From: Octopus vulgaris | Lineage: Eukaryota | Direction: 5' to 3' | Length of the DNA: 64,000 nucleotides | NCBI GenBank assembly: GCA_951406725.2 | Contig: OX597819.1 | Location: 16,616,001-16,680,000 of the forward strand | Part shown: one piece after another, positions 14,905 to 26,809 of the stretch | Position numbering within the stretch: position 1 is the first letter of the stretch | Layout: every line of letters starts with the position of its first letter | The notes under the pieces: model-generated | Told to the model about the DNA's origin: nothing | Databases searched by the model: none | Seen by the model: only the letters and a program-made list of their open reading frames with translations | Position numbers and translations under genes: made by a program

Positions 14905-15345
14905 CATACACACACAACATATACGTGTGTGTGTGTGTTTATGGATTGTGGTTATGTATGCATGCACGTATATACGGAAAGAAAGACACCAGCCTGATCT
15001 CACTGCGGCAACATACAAACAACACTCCCTCAAAAAACACACAAACATTCACATGCAAACACAATGTTTTTAAAACTTTTCCTATTTTTTCTGTGTGTGC
15101 GTGTGTATATGAATGTGTATGTGTGTGTGTATATATATATACACACACACACACATATATATAGACACACACATGCACACTTTTTTAAATGTTTTTTTTG
15201 GTTCTTTGTTAATTATTCTTATTCTTTACGCACACACACGAACATATATAGACACACACATAATGCATGTATATACACATATGTGTGTCTATGTATAGAT
15301 ATACATGTGTGTGCATGTGTGTGTGTGTGTGTGTGTGTGTGTAAT
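14745..15345. repeat. Compound (TG)n/(TA)n/(CA)n microsatellite field just downstream of the 81-nt exon
   Basis: Directly visible; accounts for the many overlapping YI/CV ORFs. Similar fields at about 39790-39990, 40230-40500, 44020-44330 and 57620-57790. Confidence 0.95.
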
Positions 15346-15424
15346 TATTTTTCTATGAGTTAAATATTTTAAAATCCTAGTGGTGCCTCTGGATACCAAC
15401 AGGCTAATTGTAATTGCTCCATAC

Positions 15425-15505
15425 CTGGATAGTAATACCCAGCTGGGGTTATCGCTGGGAAGCCGCGACCATATGCGTAGCTGGGGAATCCAGTTGGGAA
15501 AAAAC
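15425..15505 (-). CDS. msi: Musashi exon in the low-complexity tail (GFFPTGFPSYAYGRGFPAITPAGYYYP-G), 81 nt, phase 1 to 1
   Basis: tttgtttctttgcag|GTTTTTTCCCA...TATCCAG|gtatgg. YGRGFP resembles the MSI2 YGRGYPGF segment; phase fits the upstream exons. Confidence 0.9.
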
Positions 15506-16397
15506 CTGCAAAGAAACAAATACATCCATAATTATAATAATGGTATCAAATTTTAGGGAAGTGGGTAGTTGAATGCATTGGCCCCCAGCACTTGACTAGT
15601 ATTTATTTTATCAATCCCAGAAAGGATGAACGGCAAAGTCAACCTTGGCAGAAAATGATAAAAGTACCAGCTAGCATTTTGGCTGATGTGCGGCCACCTC
15701 ACTTGTGATTATAATAATGGTAATGATGGGGATTTCTAACATTTAGGGAAGAATGGTAACTGAGATTTGATTCTTGGAACCAAACCCATTTATAAACTAC
15801 AGTATTTATAACATTTGTAATATTTTATATTTCCTGATTTAAAGAGATTTGCTTTTAATATCCGTTTTTGACCACCTTTTTTGCACGCAAATGATTTTTT
15901 TTTTATAATTACTGATCTATTTATTTTTTTATCTTTTGATCTCTTACCAACTTGCTAGAACCAGCAAAGCTGCCAAAGGGCTTAATCCGATTTTTTTATA
16001 CAATTCCTGAAAAAAGAATTTTTTTTTTGTAATCTTTACTTATAGTAATCGATAAAAAAATATTTTCAATGTAAATTGGATTAATAAATCTATTTATTAT
16101 TCACTAGAATTCAGTATAGATGGATAACAATATTGTTACACACATTGTCTCTCAGAATAATTTCTTGAATAGGCACAAGGTCAGAAATGGCAATATGTAG
16201 CAGTATTTTAATGTCATAAACCTCAGGTGGATGAAGGGACAAAGATGACGATGTTTGGATTTCAACTCAATGCATAAAGACCCAGAACATAAAATGTAAA
16301 GCACATTGATGTTCTAACAATTTTGCCAATCCCCTACTACTACTACGATTACTACTACTACTACTACTACTACTACTAATAATAATAATAATAATAA

Positions 16398-16612
16398 TTC
16401 TTTCTACTACAGGCACAAATTCTGAAATTTAGGGGAGCAGTATAGTCGAATACATTGACCCCAGAACTCAACTGGTATGTAATTTATTGACCCCCAAAAG
16501 GATGAAAGGCTAAGTCAATCTAGACGGGATTTGAACTCAGAACGTAGCGACGTGCAAAATACTGCTAAGCATTTCGTCCAGCGTGCTAACGATTCTGTCC
16601 GCTCACCATCTT
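16398..16612 (-). mobile_element. Near full-length SINE family A copy inserted in a (TAA)n tract
   Basis: Minus-strand head with Pol III B box (GAGTTCAAATCCC), central GCCTTTCATCCTTT...GGGGTCAATAAATT domain; AAT repeats on both flanks. Confidence 0.9.
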
Positions 16613-16900
16613 AATAATAATAATAATGATGATAATAATAATAATAAATACTGTCTAATGTATGGGCATTTAGTTGATTAAATTGAGCCGAGTGTTTGAC
16701 TGGCACTAGTTATTCACATTACAGAGATGAAAACAAAAAGTTGACTTCAGTGGGATTTGAACACGTAATGTAATGAACCAGGTCAAATACCACGAAACAG
16801 GATTTATGTATTTTCTGTTAAAAACATACACCCAAAAGATTACGGTTTAACGTCTTGTACTTTTCGTCAAGGAACGTCAAACACACAGACACACAACAAA

Positions 16901-17290
16901 TCTCTCTATATATAAAGCTGAAGTTGTCTGTGTATGGCAGGTTTGGTAGCCTTCAACTAACACTATCTCCTTCGAGACCCTGAGGCGCAAGTTGACCAAA
17001 ATTGAGAGTATGATAGAAAAAGGCTTGCTCTTCCTTCCGTAGAAGAAAAAATTCAAATCGGACCATGTTAACAAAAATTATTTACATCAATAAGGTGCTT
17101 TTTTTCTATGAAAATCCCTATTTTTTTACGATTTTTTTACTGCTGTGCCGCCATTTTTCGGTGTATTTCAACCAGAAAAATGTTCACTTAAAGAGAATAA
17201 CAAGCTACATAATGCAAAATTTTTACTTTTCAAAAATTCCAATTCTAAAGGGTCGAAACAAACCCGAGCAACGCCGGGCGATACTGCTAG
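16901..17290 (+). mobile_element. Non-autonomous Helitron
   Basis: Inserted between A and T; starts TCTCTCTATATATAAA; ends with a GC hairpin CCCGAGCAACGCCGGG shortly before CTAG; no TIR or TSD; CpG-rich compared with the flanks. Confidence 0.85.
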
Positions 17291-18009
17291 TTTATTTAAA
17301 AAGCCGAACAATGGCAGTACGGAGAAACTAATTTTATACGTTATGAATGAATGTATTGTAAGGGAGACGACTTTGTAGATATATAAGGGAGATAACTTAG
17401 AAGAAAGGTAATTACAAAGAAAATATTTGTTCAATTTTTTCAAGAGAACTATTAATACTAAAAGCAGCAGACAACGTGTTCAGAGACGGAAATAAGACAT
17501 TATACTAAAAGATATTTTTGGTCAACTTTTCCAAGATGTTTGCAGAACATTGAAATTGTACTGCATGCATTCATGCAGTGTCTGAGCAAGGCTGGCTTGT
17601 GGATTATGTCAAACAGTTGTATGTAAGGTGACCAAGTTCACTAATGATTGCCCCACCATCTGTTTTCTATGCTGGCATGGGTTGGACTGTTTGACAGGAG
17701 CTGACCAGCTGAAGAGCTGCTCAGGCTTCACGTCCTTACTGGCATGGTTTCTACAGCTGTCTGCCCTTCGTAATGCCAACCACTTTACAGAGTGTAATGG
17801 GTGTTTCTTACACAGCACTGGCACGAGTGCTCTTATGTGACACCAGCACCTATGCATCCACAACATTAGGAATGCTCAGCTGGAAAGGGTTGCAGGAGAC
17901 AAGCCTGTATGCAAGGACCACCTAGCTTTTGCTTAGCTTGATGTGTCTTTCCAAGCACAGCAAATCGTCAGGAGTCTTGGTCATCCCCTACAGACACTGG
18001 GTGTCAGAG

Positions 18010-18500
18010 AGGGAAATGGGCAGTTCCCATGAGCACTATCTTTTGGAATTTCAGCCATTTTGGGGTTTCCTGGTATCTGAGATAGGTAGCAATCAGCCCC
18101 TTTTGCTATCATTCCTAGGGCTGTTTTAGTCTTGAGGTTCCACATTTTGCTGATTTCTATTTCAAGATCATTATACTTGCTCAGATTTTGGTAGGTCTTG
18201 AAAGATACGTTTATATCGATTGGGACAGTCATATCAATGAGGAGGCATGATTTTTATCTGAAGTCTTTCAATAAAATGCCTGGCCTATTTGCATCTATCT
18301 TTCTGTCAGTTTGAATGGTGAAGTTCCAGGGGAGTGAGATGTGATCATTTTCAAGCACTGGAGGTGGTTTGTGTCCCACCAGTTTTTATTATGGGGTAGG
18401 TCCAGGTTTTTGCAAATTACCCAGTGAATATATTGTGCTACTCTATCATGCCTTTTGGGATACTCTGTAGGCGCAAGAAGACTGCACTTGGAGACATTAT
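18010..18500 (-). pseudogene. Decayed non-LTR retrotransposon 3' region with restriction-like endonuclease (R4/Dong-like clade)
   Basis: Minus-strand peptides KRHDRVAQYIHW...WNFTIQTDRKIDANRP...IDMTVPIDINVSFKTYQNLSKYNDLEIEISKMW match the RHD / RPD..D / K..KY..L motifs of RLE-type LINEs; stops and frameshifts present. Confidence 0.85.
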
Positions 18501-19779
18501 CATTAACCTTATATTTATGGCGTTTACAAGCACTAATGCATGCAGATCACTGACCCTAGAGTATATGCAGTGTTTTGTCATACTTTCTTTTGTGTAATGT
18601 GTAGTGCTACCTTTTCTATATTGTGCATGTTTGTAAAACCTGTGATTTTGGTTGTGCCTTTGTTAACCATCCCCAAGGTACTTAATATAAAAAAGTGTTT
18701 GTTTTTAGTCAGTTTTTTAAAAAAACTATTTCCAGATTTTTATGTCTGGAAATTTTCTCCATTTCTTTGATAGATAATCATAGGTTGGGAAAACTATCTT
18801 GATTGGGAAGCATAACTTTATCTTGCAATCCCTGAGAGTAATAATTCCATGTGTGTGTATTGGTATAGTTCAAAATATGACTACTTTGTCATTCTCAGAG
18901 ATCTTTTCTGGTAAATACCTATATAATCTTTTTTCTTTTTGTATTTCATAATGCTGGTGTAACTCGTCTAAGCCACAACTCTGACATGCTGTAGATTATT
19001 CTTTCTTGGCTAAGTCAACCTCCACATAATCTTCAGTTATTTAATATATTCTGCTTCATTATATAATTTTGGTTGTCCCGAGTGTGTCACAACTCCCAGC
19101 TATAGAAGCTCCTCAGCCAATGTTACAATTTTCCTATTTCTATTTAATTCATTTTTTCTGCAGCATTGGTTAACATATAGGAACCATCACTTTAGCATGG
19201 CATTTTGTAGGCCTATTTTTGCTCATGTTTTAGTTACTCAGAATTTCTTATTTTTTTCTTTTTCCTTCACACAGTTATCTTTTCAGTCTGTTTTGTATTT
19301 GGGGGTCTTCCTTTGAAGACAGCATTTAGTCTTGTTCATATTTTGTCTATTTGTAAAACTTTTCTATCTTTTACTCACAAGACACTTTGGTAGTTCTATA
19401 GTAATCATCATTATCATTATGGTCATTTAAAGTCCATTGTCCATGCTGGAATAGGTTGGATGGTTTGATCAGGGTTGGCAAGCTCCACAAGGTCCTAGTC
19501 TGATTTGACATGGTTTCTAAGGCCGGATGCCTTTCCTAACACCAACTACTTTACAGAGGCTGCCGAGTGCTTTTACATGGCACTGCACGTGCACTTTTAT
19601 ATGGCACCGGCATGAGTGTTTTTTATGTGGCACTGACACAAAATTCTTGCAGGTAATTGTCTTCACCAGTGGTAACGTCCTCATCACTTCTGCTACAGGG
19701 TACAGGTTTTCTTGAGTAAATGAGTTTTATTGTTATTACTATTATTATTACTACTACTACTGCTGCACCATGATTGTGT

Positions 19780-20990
19780 ACAATTTCAGTCTCACACAGA
19801 CAGAAGTCTACTAAATTTAAACAGGCAAAGATTCAGATCAAAGAAAAAGACCAGGGAAGAGATTCTGCAGGCGTTTCTGTTCACTGATAATTGCACTTTG
19901 ATTTCTCATACATTGGAAAGAATTCAGGAAATAGTCAACAGGTTTGGGCATTTAGAAAACTGAAGTTTTATTCCAACCAAAGCTGGAAACAGAGCATACT
20001 CTCAAGATACAAACGTGATGAATGACAATATGCCACTCAATTGGCTCAGATGATTTAAATACCTTGGAAATACAGTAAAATTTAAGAGTAATCATGATGA
20101 TACAATCATCATCATCATCATCATCATTTAACATCCGCTTTGCATGTTAGCATGGGTTGGACGATTTGACTAAGGTCTGGCAAACCAGACTCCAATCTGA
20201 TCTGGCAGAGTTTCTACAGCTGGATGCCCTTCCTAACGCCAACCACTCTGAGAGTGTAGTGGGTGCTTTTATGTGCTACCGGCACGAGGGCCAGTTTGGT
20301 GGTACTGGCAACAGCCACGCCCAAATAGTGCTTATTTTATGTGCCACCTGCACAATGTTAGAATATCTAAGTCTACACAAGTGCTTTTAGAAAGCTTTCC
20401 CATCATTTGCGGGATCAAAACAGAGTCAGTTTTGGAAACTAAAATAAGTGAATACAAATCTTGTGTTTTGAACACACTTTTGTATGGACTCCCAACTACA
20501 GACATATAAAGTAACTTGAAACTTCTTACATGCGCCGTCTGCAGAATATCAGCAGCAGTCAAAATTTTAGAAAAATGTGACATACATCTCCTGTATTGAA
20601 AGCATGTTGTTGAGAATTTAGTGCAGATGGGCAGGACATACCTGAATGCAAGATGATTGCATTCTGAAAATTGTGACCCAACAAGTACAGGGATTCCACA
20701 GTAAAAGAAGACCCCTTCTTAGGTTTAAGGTTGTTGAAACTATCTTTAAAATCCCTACAACTGAATGTAACATCTTGGAAAAGCTATTGCCTAGATTAAG
20801 CTGAGTGGCGTAAAATGTGCCACGATACATCTAAACAATTTGAGTTGAAGAAAGAAAACAATAAAAGCATTATATGCTGCAATCAACAGATATATTTGTC
20901 CAATCTGAAGCAAAATCAAAATCCTCATTGGTCCCATGGTGATTTGATAGCAACATCTATTCCTGTACTCAAATTACATTCACATATTCA
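19780..20990 (+). pseudogene. Decayed RTE-clade LINE reverse transcriptase fragment, interrupted by a family C SINE (about 20106-20352)
   Basis: Peptides HTDRSLLNL...FLFTDNCTLISHT (cf. LFADDCAL) and LETKISEYKSCVLNTLLYG (cf. TKLKVYRAVVLTTLLYG). Confidence 0.8.
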
Positions 20991-23973
20991 TCATAAACAG
21001 ATGGAGCTCCCTTTTTTTTTCATCTTTTTTCTTTTTCCCCTTAGTCCTTTTCTTCAAGCACTCATACGTCAAAATCAATGAGAATGACTATTATCATTGT
21101 TATTCAGTACTAATAATAGCATAATAATTTATTTATTTTTCTTTTTTCAACCGTGTTCAGTATATGCTGAATGGCAAAAGTCCATGTTGGCTTTGAGCAA
21201 GAAAAGAAGTAATTGCTGTGGTCAATTTTACTGTTGAGATAATGAAGATACACTGTCTGCCCAACCCAAGCTAGTATAGAACAAAAATGGATGTTGGTAA
21301 TTCTCCTAATGTGTAATAGAATAGAAATATACTTATCCACTGGAAAATTTTCTCTTGGCTACATACACATACATAAATGTGGTATATATATATATATATA
21401 TATACATATACCACACAAACATTTTATATAAGCACACATTTCATATTCTATGTATACTTTGTAATTGTATGTGTGTTTGTGTGCATAAGCAAGTGACCAA
21501 ATGGTTTAACTATTTATTGGGCTCACAATTGTTAGATTTTTCTCAATTTTTTTACCCTGAGCAAGGCACTCTGATTGCTTCATTCTCCCAGCTGAAAAAA
21601 TGTATTAACTGCACTTGGTAGTTTAACTTAGCAATGAACAGGATTTCATTCAGAAGGGAGTTTTGTACTCTCAGTAGTTTAGACACCATCCATACTGGAA
21701 TTAGCTCCAGTTGAATGGGTCTGTGGGTCAAGGCAACCTAACTCATAATATTCGGAATTCCTCTGCTCCCCGTTTTGTTTATAACTACAAAAAAAATTTT
21801 AAAGGTAAGTTCAGATGTGTTTAATTTGTAAAGGTGCTGTTACTCAAACAATTCTGAAAACCTGCAGGACAATCATATGTTAAGGAGTAGGAGGTCTTGA
21901 GTGTATGGTCAAAACACTTACAACAAAATGAAAGTAAAGACAAAGTTCAGATGGTGGTGTTTAAGCAAGGGGTTTTGAGTTAGACGTACTCATGTGAAGA
22001 GCAATGTGTATGGTGGGAAGAGATATTGAATTAAATCAGAGGATTCAGTAGTTTCTAATTTCAGTATATTCAACTGTTGTGTGAACAATAACAGTGCAGT
22101 GACAGCATTGACTGATGTTTAATTCCAGATGAGCGCTAACACAGCAGTTATGATCCATTCCAGTTGATCTTATCTAGTCTGTTATTCAGTCATAGTATGT
22201 TTAAAATGAATTATAATTTTGCTTTTATTTCTAGCAGGCCGCGTATGATTTGAGCAGCGTGTTTCAAAATCCTAAAAGTTTGATTGGTGTTTATTTCCTA
22301 AGAAGGGTAAAAACTCAAAGTTTGACACAAGTACGAGAAGTCACAATGCACATCATAGAAAATAATTTTCTTTTTGTGAATTTTGCAGACAAGGGAGATC
22401 ACTTTCCTCGGGGGAGGTAACTCCGTTGAAACATCGCATTTTTATAAAAGGCTGCTGTTGAACGAAGAAAAACAAATTCAATTAAGTTTGCTGTCAGCAC
22501 TGATCAAGAGCAGCCGATAATTAAAGACATTATGATCATCCTATCTTTCTTCGGTCAGGCTGCAATCCAGAACCACATATCAAAAATGTCTTTCTATTGT
22601 CAATGTGTCTCACCTTTTGCGATTTCAGGTGGATTTGGCCTCCATTTCTAGCAGATTGATTCTTTCAACATATGGAACTGATATTTCTTTCAGTTTAAAA
22701 TAAAGAGATTTAACTTTTGTCAATGAAGCTGATTGCTGAAAAACCGTGTATTGTATTTTTTGAGGAGACTTGATGAGGACATTCCAGCACTGGCTATTCT
22801 GTCATTTCTCTATTAAGCAGAGGACTACATTATCCACTGTGTCCTTTCTTTCTCCAGACAATATTATTTCAGACAGAATAGCTTGTTTCTAGCAGATCTT
22901 TGTTGATACCTTAAGATTGAAATTCATAGAAGTTATAAACTGTATTGAGGACATGTAGTTCAGAGCAAGTCAATGACAGGGCCTAGACATAGTCACTATA
23001 CATGCTATAAACAACAGCCAAATCACACTACCACCTTAAAAAGAAGGCCACACCGTGTCATTTTGTATACTTGCAAGGACTGCATTTTTCAGTGATTACA
23101 TCTTTGATTATAGATCTCAGTTTGAAGGTGATCTGAAGCTAACTTGGCACTAAATAATATATCTTCCCTCTTGAACTCATAAATGCTGTGTACACCAATT
23201 AATATATATTGTATTTAATGGCTTTGTTCCTTCTTTAACCATCAAAATATCAAACTAAAGAATCTTAAGATATTCATTTTCAAAGTGCTGGCCAAAATGT
23301 AAAATTTCTAGTCAAAAGTTCCACAACGAATTTACATAAATATTTTCAATAAGATGTTACAAAATATTAGATAACATTAAGATTTAGGAATGGGTCAAAA
23401 TTCTGCAATCCCTGTCATAGAGAAATTCCAAATTATTTACTCGCCAACTCCTATGCTAAAACAAAAGTAAACTAATGTCAATCAGCAGGCACATACCCAA
23501 ATTCTGTTCAGGGAATTCTTAAAACATTTTTTTAAATATAACAGCTGACTTCAGTGATCACATAAAATATTTGAAAATGCAACAATAGCAATTACAGGTT
23601 GCATATCATTTCTTTTCAATCTATGAAGCTGTACGGTCCAGAAAAAGGCTAGTGAGGTCAATTGACTGAGAAAGGAACATTTGTAACTATGTAAATGTAA
23701 TCTGTGTAATATGAAGATATATATATTCTTAAAAACATTTAGATAAGTAGAAAGAAAAATTCGAAAGAAATATAGGCATAATAGTTTTAAAAGTGTCAAA
23801 AGTAAAATATAAATTCTCTGGTAATAGTAGTAGTAGTAGTAGTAAAAGTAATAATAATAATCTCTAACACTGAATACAAATTAAACGATGGCTGTGATTT
23901 GATGGAGTAGGAGTAGTAGGAGGAGAGGATGAGGAGGAATAGTAGGAGGAGGATAACGGTGCAGTAAACTTAC

Positions 23974-24033
23974 AGAATTCAGGCATGATTAGGTCACTTG
24001 GGACATCCCACACAACGTCACCATCTGTTGTCA
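23974..24033 (-). CDS. msi: Probable Musashi cassette exon, 60 nt, phase 1 to 1 (VTTDGDVVWDVPSDLIMPEF)
   Basis: ccttctctttttctactcctgctgtag|TGACAACAGAT...GAATTCT|gtaagt. Consensus donor, strong acceptor, length a multiple of 3, open in the required frame. Confidence 0.75.
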
Positions 24034-25762
24034 CTACAGCAGGAGTAGAAAAAGAGAAGGTGGTTGGTCGTTTTTAGTCAGCCAGTGGCAGCAGCAGCAG
24101 GACATATATACATACACACACAAATACAATACTTATACATGCATATGCATAGCTACACAATCCCCAAAATATCCAAACATACACATGCATATATATATAG
24201 TAAATACATTTTTCCATAAAAAAATGTGAGTGTGTTGATAGCTATATAAAACACAGGTATACCTTTATATCCACGTTTATTGTATTTTGTGATACCATCC
24301 AAAATACAGTGACTAACACAACCTCAGTGTATATAACGGTATACAAAGGTTTTACAATAGCTATCATCATAACTCATCCACGATATCATTGCTTTAAACT
24401 TTAAGGAATGGCATCAGATCCAGGTAAGAAGCACACACACAACCTTATTCACTCGCACATGCAAATGTGGAATGTATATTATGACATACATTCGAAAGTG
24501 TGTATGAGCATATTATACATAGACAAATACCATATTTACTCATGCATAAGTCACACTCCTACTTCAGGGTTAAATCTTGAAACAAAAATGTCCCCCTTCA
24601 TATTCAAGTAAGCCCATGTTTTTTTTTTAAATTTTAGATCAATTATGAAATAGTGTGAATTATACATGAGCAAATAGTGTCTGTGCATGTATGTATATAT
24701 ATATATATATATATAAAATGCGCATACACACATACCCATACTTATAGCCAAACGCACAGATCTATATACACACACCAGCAATACACAAGATCTCTACAAT
24801 GAGGCAACATGGAACATGTGTCATGATGAGGGAATATATCACAAAAGGTATAAAACAGCAAAAGCTACTACTACAACTACTAAAAACAATAACAAATACA
24901 ATAATTCCTAGAAAATAGTGTCATGTTTATTTATGTATCTATATAGGATTCACATTTATTTGTGTTAGTTTGGCTTTCATTATGCATATTTGTATCTTTA
25001 TGTATTCCAGTTTCACCCTGTGGACACACAAGCATGTATGTGTGTGTGTGTGCATGAAAGCATCTATATCCATCTATGATTTAATGCTTGAGGGGATCTT
25101 TATGTATTAATGCAGAATGCTGTATGTGTGTATGTGTATATGTGTGTGTGCGTGCATGCATGCATGTGCGCATATTAGTATAATTGCGTTGTTGTTTTTC
25201 TTCCTTTTCAAATAAAAGAAAAACAGAGAAGCAGCCAACTGTTAATATTTCCCCCAATCCATGCAAAGTTCTAAATCTGAAGAGATGTCAGACCTATTCT
25301 AGCAACCTTGAAATATTTATCAAAGAAAAAATTTCAAACACCATATGTTGGCACCATAAAAGTAAAGCTATAATATCCTAGTAATTCCTATCACCCCTAA
25401 CAAAAGATTCTGATGATTGAGCCAATGAAAAACTACTATGTGGTCATTTGATTCACAAGAGATAACAACCAAATCCACCTTCAGCCCTGCTTTCTTTTTT
25501 TTTCATCATAAAATGATTTCAGGTGAGGACATATTAAAGCACCACCTGTTTAAAAAGTGGGGAGGATACATAAAGTAATCTTGTATACAAAAAGGATGTC
25601 ATGAATGGAATCTTTTTGATAATCATAGGGTTTGCTGGATCAGGAGTGACCTGGGGCTAAACAACAATGGCAAAACAATGTTGTACTTCAGATAGTTAAC
25701 ATGCTAGAAATAGTAGCTAGAATAGCCAAGCAACGAAATAGATACTACATAAAGTAGCCCTA

Positions 25763-25950
25763 TCATGCTCGGAATGGTCAGTGGCAAGAGAGAAAGAGGC
25801 CGACTAAGAATCTGCTGGCTTGACACCATCAGGAGTGATACCAGAATGGACGTGGCCAATCTGAAGGAAGCGGCCCAGGATAGAACTGACTGGAGGACAC
25901 TGATCCAACGAGTGACCGAGAGTCGACTTCGACTGAGCGGATAGAAAGAG
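25763..25950 (+). mobile_element. 5'-truncated RTE/BovB-like LINE 3' end with a 7-bp TSD (AGCCCTA)
   Basis: Open frame MLGMVSGKRERGRLRICWLDTIRSDTRMDVANLKEAAQDRTDWRTLIQRVTESRLRLSG*; AGCCCTA at 25756-25762 and 25951-25957. Confidence 0.88.
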
Positions 25951-26600
25951 AGCCCTAGCTATATAAAGATATGGAATGAAGGCCCTTTGACGCATAGGGT
26001 TAGCTACTGAACCAGCAGTTAAACAAGAACTGAACTAAATTGTATGAATGCACTTAAGGAAAACAGAAGGGAGTTGTTTCCACATCATGATTATCAGAGT
26101 GTGGAGGAGATACAGTAGTAATTTTATGAAAGACAGTATTCATGTTCAGAATGGAAGCTATAATGCTCTTCAGCTGAGGGCTTGACAATATCCTTAGTCT
26201 CAGTTGGTTGCATCTGATAAGACCCTAGGGAGGAGGTACCTGAGGACTCTACCCCTATGACCCTTAGAGAAATAGTGAGTGGAGTAAATGAATTGGTGGA
26301 TTATTATAACTACTTCTAATAATAATAATGACATGAATAATATATTTTTACAAGACAAGGCACAAGACAAAGGCTAGAAATTTAGTGAGGAGGAAATCAT
26401 ATAAACTGCAGTGTTTGACTTGCATTCTCCTTGCCAGATATGTTGCATAGTTGATTACATTGACCCTAATACTTGACTGTTACTTTATTTTGTTGACCCG
26501 GGAAGGAGAAATAGTAAAGTTGACTTTGGTGTTGTTTGAATATAAAAAGCCAGAAAAAACTCCCCTAAACAATTTCTCCAATGTGCTGACAATATTTCTG

Positions 26601-26809
26601 TTAACCCTTTCGTTACCAACCCGGCTCTGGCTCTGTAGTACAAATGTCTTGTTTTCATAAGTTTTGAATTAAAATATTCCACCAAGCCTTAGTCGCAATT
26701 CACGTTCCTAACATTAGCTGAATGATAACTAAGTTATTCTTTGTTATATTTAAAATGATTGAAAGAAACACAGAGCATCTCAAAATAAATACAGTAACGA
26801 AAGGGTTAA
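26601..26809. mobile_element. piggyBac-like MITE (TTAA TSD, TIR CCCTTTCGTTAC)
   Basis: ttaaccctttcgttac ... gtaacgaaagggttaa. A more degenerate relative lies at 58914-59127. Confidence 0.88.
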
